Shown here: piece by piece, positions 40,737 to 52,763 of the stretch
Layout of the letters: every line of letters begins with the position of its first letter
Position numbering within the stretch: position 1 is the stretch's first letter
Assembly (NCBI GenBank): GCA_012295275.1
Contig: CM022669.1
Span: 6,510,001-6,574,000 of the forward strand
Direction: 5' to 3'
Length of the DNA: 64,000 bases
Source of the DNA: Chrysomallon squamiferum
Lineage: Eukaryota > Animalia > Mollusca
The notes under the pieces: generated by a model
Told to the model about the DNA's origin: nothing
Database searches by the model: none
Seen by the model: the letters and a program-made list of their open reading frames with translations, nothing else
Program-made: the position numbers and the translations under genes

Positions 40737-43650
40737 CACACGTACACACACCATTCTAGTAAAATTATCTTACCAGTTGAATTATATTTGGTCCAGCATG
40801 ACTAAAGATTTGAAAGAAGACTGTTCCTGGTGCATTTTTCAATGGCAGAATAAAATCATTTTGAATAGTAATTTGTAGCAATGACATAAGAATGCCAAGT
40901 TCATTTTGGTCCAGACTTTTGCAGTCTCTGAAAATTATAAAAAAATCTTTTTTTTGGGGGTTTAAAATTTCATTAACTTTTACAGTATTTTAGTTTAGTT
41001 CAAAGAGTCTTGTTGCAGAACTGATCAAAGTTGAGTTACAGTAAATTAATTTTTTACTTCTGACTAAAATTTAATCAGGATAAAAAAAAATCATGTATTT
41101 TTATTCATTCCTGGGTATAATTATTGAATAAATATGAAAAAAAAAAAGTATTAAATGAAAAACATAGCATAAATAAATTTCATAATATATTTATAAGTAG
41201 TGATCAGCCTTTGTTAACAATAAAGTAAAAGAATGAAATCACAAGCCTGTGTTGTTTGTATGACATGGAACCATGAAAATCATAATATCATACTTAAGTG
41301 TCCTGGATGCCTTGGTGGTCAGTGTGTTGGTCAGCCTACAAGATGAGATATCCCAAGGATACTGGTCATCTAGAAGTAGCTTGTGAAAATGTTTGAACAA
41401 TGACATCACAGCATCTTTGTTCTTCTATGGAAAACACACAACAAACAACAAATAACTCAAAAAGAGATATATTTTTTATTGTTGTTGTTTTTTTAAAAAT
41501 TATTATCATAATGATGATCATGAAGCCTCAGTAAAATACTTGATAATGTTCTGCAGTATATACATTTTATCTATAAATCATGTTCTACACACAGAAATTT
41601 AAATCTCTTGTATATAATGGAAATCATTAAAAATGTTATATAATAAATATTCTCTAACAGTCTCAATTTTTTTAAATACCTTTGCATTGAATTGAACAAA
41701 GTCTGCAGCTTTTTCTCCCACAGAAAAGAAAAATGGATATTTTAAATCCAGACATCTAAGAGAGAATTCCATTATTTTGGTATTAATATCTGCCAGAATT
41801 CGATCTCTCCTAAAAGATTAAATATATTATAAATCACTTTAGATTTTCAACTTAAAAATAAAAAATTCAAAATTACAGCAAAAATTTACATTTACAGCCT
41901 ACCAAAACAAATCTGAAAATCAACAAAAACTTGGATTTTTGCTTTTTTAATTTTGGAACTGTTAGAGTTTAAAAAGTTATTATATTTGAAATTTTATACT
42001 AAAAAAAAAGATAGTTTTTGACAGTTTCATTTATTTATTTATTTATTTATTTTTAATAACATTTAAAAATGATTTATACATACGTGCACTGGTTTAAAAA
42101 ATATTCAACAAAATTCACATAATGTTCAGACATTTTAGTTTTCTCTTTCTCTGTTTCTCCAGTGATCTTTACTTGAGACAAAATATCTAGTATTTCATTT
42201 GCATCAGCTATTCTACCCTGAAAAAAAAACACAAAATAAAAAATAAAACAACTAAATAATAAAAAAATAAAATAAAAATAAAATAAATAAATAAAAAGAA
42301 TTATTGAGTGAATAGAAGAAATAAGTGGAAGGTTTGTGCAAATATATTTAGGCAGTTTTCTTCAAATCACATGTCAACATCAGAACAGTATTTAAAGATG
42401 AGTCATCATCAGTGCAGCACTTACCTTCCACTTTAAAATCTCCTTCTGTTCTCGAATGCCTCTGTAAGCTGCCTCAGCACAACCAGCCTCGCTAATCCTG
42501 AGACATGACTTTATTAAGTCTATGAACAAAGTCACATGATCTGCAGACCTACTAAAACATTAAAAAAATAATAATAAAAAAGTAAAAAAAGTAAAAAGAA
42601 GAAGAACTTGTTTAGAATAATGACATCATTAAAGCATACAGATTAATTATCTGTTAATTGGCTACTTAAGTTTAAAAATCTTGTATTTATAAATATTGTA
42701 AAATTTTATTTTAATTAAACAACACCACAAAAGTTTTGATTAAATATAAATCATTAGCTGTTGGATACGGTGGATAATTTGAAAACAGTCTTCAAATAAA
42801 TAATAATAATGATAATGATAATAACTATAATAATAATAATAGCAGTAACAACAACAATAATAATAAATTAAAATGCACTTACCCGTTCATTGATTTACAA
42901 AGAATGTTACGTACAATGGAAAGTACAAATCTCTTTCTTACAAAAGTCCAGTCTTTGAGGTTATCCAGAAATACTATCATCTTTTTACTCAGTGATTCAA
43001 ACAGCTCAGTATTGTCCTGTAAATAAATAAATAACGAATAATCATATACCATAAAAACATCAAAAGATTTTAAAATGAAATGAAAGGGAGTATAGTGGAG
43101 AGATGAAATTACAAAGAGAAAAAGTGAGAGAGACACAGAGAAAATGATAAACACATACAGACATACATTATATATATATATATATACAGACAGACAGAGA
43201 AACTTATATAAAGATGAACAAAGAGGACAGAAAAGGGAATGGAGAAAAAGAGAGAGAGAGAGTTCTAAACTAACAATGAAGATACTCACTTTAAATACAG
43301 GTTTATCAGCTGGGTCAGTGAAATGATAAATAGAATTTCCAATCATTTCAATGATTAAATGAACTGGTCGACTCTCTGTTACTCCCACAGTCCTTGGCGT
43401 TTTTGTCCTTTCCACTTCATTTTTGTACCATGCCTTTCTTTCACACACAGTGGACATAAAGTCAATGATGTCGAGATGAAGCAGTGGAAACAGGGTTAAG
43501 TTATGACTAAAACAAAGAAAAATTAGAAAGAGCAATTAATAGTGTGTAATAATGATAATCATATGAAATGGAATATGGACAAATAAAAAGATAAACTAAA
43601 ATAAATGTATCATTAACTCTGATTTTACATGCACATATATTTATATAAGC

Positions 43651-43719
<69 letters not shown>

Positions 43720-44745
43720 CCTAATGCCTGCCATGAAGTATGTTAACAAATCTTCCATTGTATCTGCTTCATGTTTGTCTCTGGGAAATTCCTCTGTGCA
43801 GATAATTTCTTGAAATTCTTGTAGATGTTTTCGGAAAACAGCAGGATCATCAATACCCTGTTTAAAGAAAATGAAATATCAATAGTAGTAAATTTTAATA
43901 AATAAATAAATTAATTAATTTTATAAAAATAAATAATAAGTAAATAAAAATAATGCACTAACCAACAAAAAAAATATAAAGAAAAAAAAATTAAAACATG
44001 AAATTAAAAATAAATTAAAACAAACAAAAAATAATTCATGGCAAGTATATAGCTTCTATTTAACCTTTATGTTTGCTCAACAACACATTAGTTTTTACAA
44101 GAAAACAAAATGAAAAATCCAAATATATTGAAGCTATTTCATCACAGTATTTAGTAAATTTCTTTAGAATATTAAGTCAGTTTCTTCATAATATTAAGTC
44201 AATTTCATCACAATATTAAATCAGTTTTTTCACAGTATTAAGTATCAGTTACCACAAATGGCTTCCTGTTGTATCTGTGATACAGAGTAGAAGATATAAA
44301 ATGTTGTCGCCTGATGATTTCATCTTTACAACCCAGAAACTGAATTTCATTATAAATGTACAGATCAAGAAACTCCACATGGGCCTCTGACAAAGCTTTG
44401 TCACTGGAATATAAACATAAAGAAATTTGTTTTAATTCATAAATTTTATCTTCACAACTGGTTTATAAAAAATCTTCTGTACAACTGGTTTGACAAAATT
44501 CGCCAATGAAATTTGGTAATAGTCTTCACTTCTGTCATTTGACTGCAATACTCTATGTGTAGATACATTAAAATTTGTATTTCTGATATATAGAATATAT
44601 GGATGGAAGAATTGATGTGTGTGTGCATGTATGTATCTAAATGTGTATGTATGTAAGTATGTATATGCATGTGCATGCACATGTGTAAAGTGTGTATATA
44701 CATATGTGTGTGTGTGTGTGTGTGTGTGGATGTGTATATGCATGC

Positions 44746-44806
<61 letters not shown>

Positions 44807-45213
44807 CAAATTAAATATTATTACCTTGGGTTAGTTCTGTCTAGCAGAAATCTAAGTGCAGACTCCATTTCAATGCTGTAACGCCTGACATCAAGATCAG
44901 GCTCTGAAGATTTCCATTCTCTTTTCATAGCACAAATCAGTTTGACAAGTCGCTCTCTAGACAAACTCTGTAAACAGTAATATAATAATATCTTTTTTTA
45001 AAATGAAACTTCAAAGTATTTTTTAAATATTAATGGTTATTAGGTATATTTTATTTTGTAGGGTTTTTTAGCAGCACTACTTTTATCAATCAGGAGAAAG
45101 GGTACAATGCATATATTTTTTAAAACAGGAAGGCATTTGCCATAGCTCAGAGGTAACCAGTTGGAACAGGATATAACCCACAGAATTTAGTCTTATTGTG
45201 ACCTGTAACAACT

Positions 45214-45309
<96 letters not shown>

Positions 45310-46031
45310 GTTATTGCTATTGTTATTGCTATTGTTACCAGTATTATTTTCATATTCATATAAATACAGTTTATAATTTATTTTATGCAGATATATAACA
45401 GATAAATACATTGTTTAACGTGTTGTTATTTTTATATGCATATGAACGAACTTTATTGTATGAACTATTTTGTCTTACATTATAGTACTGCTTGAATCCA
45501 AAAGACTGGTCACCTAACATGACTTTCCACATGAGCATCTGGGTGGTGCCTGGACCACACCCCAGTAGATCAATTAGGTAATCAAAACAGAAATCCAAGA
45601 ATTGTATCTTTGATGGCAGACGTCCATTTTCATCTTGTTCTCTGAAACAGTATTGTACAAGTATTTTTAATTGTTTGTAGATATTATTATTGCTGTTGGT
45701 GTTGTTGTTGTTGTCGTTAGTAGTAGTAGTAGTAGTAGTAGTAATATTAGTACAATGTAATAATATTAACATTATTATTATTAGCATTAGTAGAAATAAT
45801 CTGCAGTAGAATTTATTTACTTATTTATTTATTTTGTAAAAGATAGGGAGAAAATTAAAATAAAATAAGTATTTATTACAGATAAATAATAAAAATAATT
45901 CCCAATATCTGCTTGTTGTATTCGTCTAAACTTTTTGAAAAGAGAAAGAAACAAAGAACAAATAAAGAAAAGAAGAAAAAAGAAAATTTTTATTTCCCCC
46001 TTTTTAATATTTATTTAATATATTATTTATT

Positions 46032-46083
<52 letters not shown>

Positions 46084-46339
46084 CCACATCCAATTCTTAC
46101 TTAATAATATCTATTATCTTCTCTAAAACGTCTTTTGCCACATAGCCAGAGTACGACGTCTCGCAAGGATAGTCTGGTCGACAGGTCACGTGTCTTAGCA
46201 CGCGCAAAGCTCCCATCAAGTCGTCTGCTGAAACTTCGTAATACAGAAAATCGTAATTTCTTTGGAACCATTTGTCCAAATCCGATCGAGTTTCGAATGT
46301 AGCATTCAGAAAGTCGATTTCCAAAACACGTTTTTCCAT
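31907..46339 (-). CDS. 1568-aa ARM/HEAT-like (Melted/VEPH1-like) + coiled-coil + Death + TIR + TIR protein with C-terminal CaaX (CRIL); 22 exons
   Basis: Exons 5'->3': 46339-46101, 45641-45479, 44967-44825, 44403-44253, 43857-43721, 43506-43290, 43016-42883, 42548-42425, 42217-42084, 41809-41680, 41424-41294, 40927-40774, 40406-40205, 39455-39316, 38583-38362, 37926-37703, 37151-36920, 36422-36149, 34667-34408, 34031-33794, 33346-33249, 32866-31907. All introns are GT-AG; the total is 4707 nt with no internal stop. Domain calls come from motifs: Death (DWRLLSSRLGYS...MLNEW...LQEMDRMDA) and TIR (FISYQW...CWMD..QMGGGD.L..KI...NC.REV.LA...IPL, twice). Confidence 0.88.
33794..34667 (-). CDS. Exons 19-20 of TIR gene: first TIR_2-type domain
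   Basis: IFISYQWAYQ...[23 protein letters not shown]...SPNCKRE|VNLAVNIGKSLIPLLMENCSWPPPGSMGPIFSEYLFI, read across the 34408/34031 junction. Confidence 0.9.
35492..35772 (-). CDS. Candidate alternative terminal exon of the TIR gene (coiled-coil tail, no TIR or CaaX)
   Basis: A tgtttttcag acceptor in phase 1 matches the Death-exon donor. About 93 open codons follow (ASNGCQKKMLTQDKKWIPD...EMEILRLQKQTAETEL...LWCSLL*), with no convincing phase-1 donor. Confidence 0.5.
36149..36422 (-). CDS. Exon 18 of TIR gene: Death domain
   Basis: RDISKLLNPHSEHDWRLLSSRLGYSNDDIRAWSQQADPCMAMLNEWYSTHKTREATFAILNILQEMDRMDAAVIVE, a typical six-helix death-domain signature. Confidence 0.88.
36920..37151 (-). CDS. Exon 17 of TIR gene: coiled coil
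   Basis: V/I/L heptad pattern: LSEDIKDVKDDVEELDERVTVNKENISEVSAEVKKQKIDVDIVKDDVKQQGQKLDDLQETV. Confidence 0.85.
43653..43716. repeat. (AC)n microsatellite, representative of many in the window: (CT)n 8038-8083, (TAT)n ~10028-10080 and ~11128-11180, (TG)n 10957-10999, (GACA)n ~19746-19788, (TAAA)n ~47371-47434, (AAT)n ~52705-52758
   Basis: Directly visible simple repeats; they explain many spurious ORFs in the track. Confidence 0.95.
44136..44248. repeat. Degenerate 22-bp minisatellite (~5 units) beside the exon-4 donor of the TIR gene
   Basis: Units resembling tttcatcacaatattaagtcag repeat in tandem. Confidence 0.7.
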
Positions 46340-47372
46340 TCCGTTTCTGTTAATATAATGTTGGAATTTAAAACAATATTTGTGTATGATCTAACAAAGT
46401 GTAGGCCTATACATTAAATATAATGTAGCATGAATATGATTAAACAAAATAAATATAAATATAAACAAACGTGGACAATTAAATACTGTAAAATAAAACT
46501 AAACTAAATAATAATCCAATACCATATTTACAAATTATCGTAAGAGATTTTTGTGTCAAAACTAACTTAATTTTTTTGGTATTCTTTAGTGGCCCCACCT
46601 GTTGTTATAATGAAAGATGAGACTGATTTTTCAATAGATTCTCTGCGGACCCATTTCACCTTTTTCTTCATAAATTAATAAAATGTGAATAATATAAATA
46701 AATCCATTAATAAATATGAAAATTCATAATTGTTGTAACAGCTTGCACAAACGTCACGGTTCTGAATTACTAAAACCATCTGTTTCACACGTACTGATAA
46801 TTATTAATATCTAATCTAATATTTAATTATGAATTAATTCTCAAAATTAATTTTATTTTGCACATAGAGAGCTCTGATGGTAAATACTTGTGCTAAACAT
46901 GGGAAGGTGGAGATGTTGATACGGTATCAATTTCTCTACTGTTTGCGTCTGCGAAATGATAAAAATAATGTAAAAAAAAAGTAATAAAAGTTTAAAACAT
47001 ACCGCATGGCTACTGATAATCGAACATTTGGCAAATGTTACTGATAATTATGGCAAGAATTCACTCATAACTTTTTATCTGATAAAATATGTGCAAAAAT
47101 ACATTCTTTAAAAAGTCTGCAGGGCGGTTCATACAATGAACTAATTTCACATATAAAATATTCTCTTAAATGAATTTATCCAGTTAACCACACAGTCTAA
47201 TGAACATAAAATATAATTCCCATCCGATTTTATGTTATTTTAATCTCTAATGAAATATTTTAGTTGATAAAAGTTAGTTAAAATTACAATATTTCGATTT
47301 TATTTAATCCGATATCCATTGTTTATACAAAATAAAAATAAAAATAAATAAACAAACAAACAAACAAACAAA

Positions 47373-47436
<64 letters not shown>

Positions 47437-48386
47437 ATTATAGGATTTAGGATTATACATTTAAAATGTGCATTGCATATTAAATTAATCTTGGGTGGAG
47501 TAATAAATTTTATGGTCTTGAAAAAAAACGAGTGGAAAAAAGGTTGTTATCTAAAGTCAAGACAAAAATCAAGAAGATGTTTAGAGAAACGCGTGTCATG
47601 TGTAAATAGTGAAACAAATATATTTACCGGGATTAAATATGCATGTACTTTTACATTTTAGTTACATTAATTTGTTATTTTAATTTATTATAACAGGAAA
47701 TATTTTAGAAAATCTTTTGATAATTTAATGTACTTAATGATTTTGTTGTTTAACAGCCACTGGCAACATACAGCGGAAAAGCCTTCATTTAAATATATTA
47801 TTCCAGTGAGATTAACAGTGTGTGTTAAGTCGTATTGGTTAATATGTCACTGCTGTTAACTACACAATTAAAACTTAAATCAGAGATGAAGAAATTTAGT
47901 TAACAGGGAAGTTCTAGTTGTTATTGCAGGTGAAAACGATGAGTACATCTGTCAATATAAAATTTTATATCTACTGATTTTATGTTAAAAACATATTAAA
48001 TCTTTCACAATCGTCATATTTGCATATATTGACAAGTCTATAGTATAGTTCGTTTTTTTTTAATTTTGATTCTGTTTATCTTAAAACAAATTTCACACTT
48101 TCTGTCATATTATGCGTATCTTGGCCAAAACTTTCTTACACATGTGGCCTATATTAATTCGCACTGTTGTGATTCAGGCAGGTCAGTGTTGTTGTTGGTT
48201 TTTTTGTGTCTTTTTTTTTTCTCCAGCAGATGATACTTGTATCAGAGAAAAAGTCTGTAAGTTAAACATTTCACGACACAGTTAAAATATTCTGCTTTAT
48301 AATATAAATTATAATAAAATTCTTCGACAAGCATATTTTCACGAAAGGCTTGTTTTAAATAATATGGAAAATGCGTGTGAGCGTGC

Positions 48387-48419
<33 letters not shown>

Positions 48420-48944
48420 TGTGAGAACTTTTAATTCGTCGTTATCGAATTCATAGTTTTAAATACATTCATACATTTTAAAGAAGTTTACTTTTGTTAG
48501 GGATCCTATTAGTTACCTATTAATTCATTTCTGTTTCATTTTTTTCTTCTTTGTTTCTTTTCTGATATACATTAAAATAAGAAATAAGAAAATAACTAAC
48601 AAAAAAAAAAAAAAAAAAAAAAGCAAACAAGCAAAAAATAAAAAAATAAAAAACAACAACAGAGAGAACATAATTATATAAAAATAAATTAATAATTATT
48701 TTCGTCTAGTTGTTGATTAATTTTAATAACTTTATTAAGAAGAATAAATAAATAAACAAACTAATAAATAAATCAAATTAAATCAAATCAAATCAATTAA
48801 AATTAAATTAAAAAATTAAATTAAATTAAATTAAGCCTGTAAATATTGTTAATGAGTTATAAAAATAATAATATTATCCATTCAGTTTTCTTGAACAAAC
48901 AACTTTCGACATCTATTAGAGTGATACATACAGTAAAATAAAAT

Positions 48945-48977
<33 letters not shown>

Positions 48978-49270
48978 GTTAAAAATTAAAAAAAAAAAAA
49001 AAATAGTGATTCAACTGTTGAACGATGACACCTCCACCTCATCGTGGCTAATATAGGAACTCTTACTTGAAAATGAGTAAACGCGGGACTGTTCACCCCG
49101 GCACGGAACATCAGGGATTATGTCTGTGTTTGTATATATGTGTATATTTATGCTAGTTAGTGTCTGTGTGCGTTTCTCTATGTACTCTATTTTATTTCTA
49201 TTAATTCTTCTGTCATTCAATGGGGGGGAAATATCTGTTCGTATACCTAATTACATATGTATATACATAC

Positions 49271-49307
<37 letters not shown>

Positions 49308-52300
49308 ATTGAATTTATGTGATAGGGTTTATCTTGTCTTTTCGAAGATCATTTTATTACACTAGATTAAACCAAGTTTAAACAGTTCATAGGTACAGAA
49401 TGGGCATAACAAACTTGTTTTCTGTCATAATAACTGACAGAATTTTACAGTTTTATAAATATGTTGCTACAATTTATTATTATTTTTAAATATAATTTTC
49501 AAACATATATGATACAATGCGTGACGTTAACTGTAAACAGTCATGTAGAACACTAAATTAATAGTATATGTAAAGTAAATATTGTTTGAATTTACATTAA
49601 TTTTGTATAGTTAAAAAATTAGTGTAGCTTAAACATGACCGAAACTTAATTATCGTTTACATTACTGAATTAATCGAAATTTTAAAAATAAAATTTAGAC
49701 TTAATTTTGGTTATAGTATTATCTATATCGCACTCACGATTGTTCTAGATCATCGGGTTCTCACAGTTCCACGTTTATTCCAGTAAGAAGTACCATTACC
49801 AATGTTTAACAAATATACGACCATTATTCCTCTGATAAGAAATGTCCATAATGTAATTATGAATGGCCTTAAACTCGAATGTCAAAATGGGTCAAAAATG
49901 CTGTTTCATTTAAACAGGTATGTTATTCACAAACACCGCGCTGATATAAAGAACTTTACAATGTAAATGATTTTGTATTTCAAGCAACAACAAATAATTA
50001 TATTAGTATAGATATGTTAATATGTATGTAGGCCGTGCGTAACATAGAAACGTACCACAACAAACTACAAGGTCAGGTTTGTAAAATAACGAACTTGAAT
50101 CGATAGATCAAACAGATTCTTTCCGAGTTTATTTGTTCAGGGGCGGATCTAGGAAATCAGAAAGGAGATTACCATAAATGAGGCTTATATAACTTAAAAA
50201 AAGCCTAATAAATAAATAGGTTAATAAATAAATAAATAAATAAAAAAAAAATAATAATAATAAAAAAGAATAATAAATAAATAAACAAATAAATTACTAC
50301 TACTACTACTACTACTACTACTACCACTAATAATAATAATAATAATAATAATAATATAAAAAGCCCCCCCCATAGCAGATCCTTGCATTTGTTGTTTGAA
50401 GTATTCTCTTACGTTCTTATCTTTGAACTAGTTAAACTGACCAACTTTGTTTAACCTTACAAACATCCATTCATTTAGTTTTCAGCTGACCTAAGAAATC
50501 TGTAATTATAAGCATATGTGTTATCTACGTAGCAAAGATATAACAGTTATGAGCATAGCAGCAAGCAGAGCAAATTTTAAAGAGCAACAGTTATAAAAAA
50601 ATATGTACTTTTGGTTGGTACCAAGATATTAAATTACAATGTGAATAAACCTATACAATGTTTTTTTTTTTTTTTCTCTCTTTTTTAAAATTTATTTTGA
50701 CCATTAAATGCTGGTAGGTTACAAAACCAATGGATGACTTGTCTTATATCTGCAATAACTGATTACACATTTTGCCCTGCCTTGAAACATTATTGTGTAA
50801 CATGGTGAGATTTCACATAAGTTAACAGCCATCTTCGCAGAGCATTATACCCATGTGCACCAAGAGTCAACCTTGCAGCAGTTTATTTATTTATTTATTT
50901 ATTTTAATGTCTATTTTTCAACAGTGGTAAACACTGAAACAATGTGTGAGTACACCAAAAAAGGTGCATTAAAAGAACTTATACACTCTATGAATTTTCA
51001 AAGAATCAGCCAGCACTACATCAATGGAAGCAATTTATTAACTGCACAATTGAAAAATAAAAAATTACATCTTTATTTACTGAACTGTAATGTAATAATT
51101 TTTTTCATATTTTTAATTTAATTTTTTTTAACACTGTTAAAGATACTGATTCTTAAAATGATATTTTCATTTGGGTCCTTTATATCTACAGATGACTGAA
51201 CAAACCATTGTGTAATGTATATATATAACAGGTTCAAAATATATTGATAGGCATATTCTCTATTGAAAAAACAAAAACAAAAACAATAAAGATAATAATA
51301 ATTAATTAAAAAAAATTATAATGTATCTACCATCTTTATAACTTAAGATCAATTCACAGTTTGTCTTAACCAATTATCTGTGAGTAGCATTTCATCAGCT
51401 GGATCACTTTCAATCACATCATCACGAGTAGCCATTGGATCGTATGCTATCCTATTATTTTTCTCTAATGTCATACTATATGTGTATACTTTAATGTGTT
51501 ATAATACTAAACAAACAAAAAACAATATTACTTTTTATTTTTTATTGCAAGTATTTGTTGCAGTGTGAATAATTTTTAACAAACATGAGAAAAATTATAC
51601 CTGAATTTTAAAGTGATATGAACATAGCTGTCAAACTGTCAAAGTAACTATTCATTCAACTAACATTTCAAAATATTACACACTTTATTTTTAATCATCA
51701 TTTCATTAAAAAAAAGAGAGATAGAATCATTCAGTTTTTAGTATTTTTTAAAGGAACAAAGACAAGCATGATGATTTAAGATATAAAATGATTTAAGTAA
51801 CTTTGGGTCCAAATAAAATTGATTCCACGCCATAATAAGGACATCTTTTCATGGTATGTACATAGTTTTACAATTTTAACTTAATTTCATTCAACCAAAC
51901 AACTGTCATACATGATAATTAATAGAAGGTCAAAAATGAATTGATGTTACTTTTTTAAAATATCTAATTCTTATAACTTGAATGGACAAAAACAAATAAA
52001 AATGGTATGTAAAAATATTTTAATATCGATGAATAACTTCTAATCAACAAAAATAACTAAAGTAGTTAATTTGTATCTTCAGAAATGTTACAGATTAGTG
52101 ACAAATGTGAAACACCGACAGAAAAAGAACTATTCCAAACTTCTCATTTGAAAAAGTCTATTGATAAAAAGAAAAAACAAGGCAAGTGTTTAAATCACGC
52201 CTTTGACAGTATGAACAAACAGTCTAAATACTTTTTGTATAAATTTATTTTGGGCCAACAATCTTAGCTGTGTATTTTCTACATATTCCTGATGTAGGAT

Positions 52301-52530
52301 AATTAACTTTTTTTTTTTTTTTTTTTTTTTTTAATGGATTTCCCAGCATGAAGATTTTTAATTTCTATGTTAAACATCATATTACAACAAAATGTTACAA
52401 GTTTACAAACTTATCACACTTTATTACTAGCAAAGATTGGTGACCAGTGTGAAAATAATAAAACAAAGAATATAAAATACATTTAGGCTTTGCAGCCTAT
52501 CAACAAAACAAATACTTCAAAAATAATTGT

Positions 52531-52704
52531 CTATTCTTCTGAAGGTGCACTCTCCACGGTAAAAGGCTTATCTACTTTTATACTTCCACTATCATATATA
52601 ACCACTGGTTTAACTGGTTTGTCAGAGCTATCAGTTTTAGTTCCCTCAATTTTCCTTACAACATCCTTAAAAAGAAAGAAAAAAAAACAATGTATATAAA
52701 TAAA

Positions 52705-52763
<59 letters not shown>

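Noticed and set aside
44136-44248. Regularly spaced repeats as a CRISPR-like array
   Set aside because: The units are contiguous and degenerate with no spacers, inside a eukaryotic intron, so this is an ordinary minisatellite.
50139-50390. AGGGGCGGATCTAG start resembling a Harbinger-type MITE terminus
   Set aside because: The matching right terminus is too degenerate to define an element.
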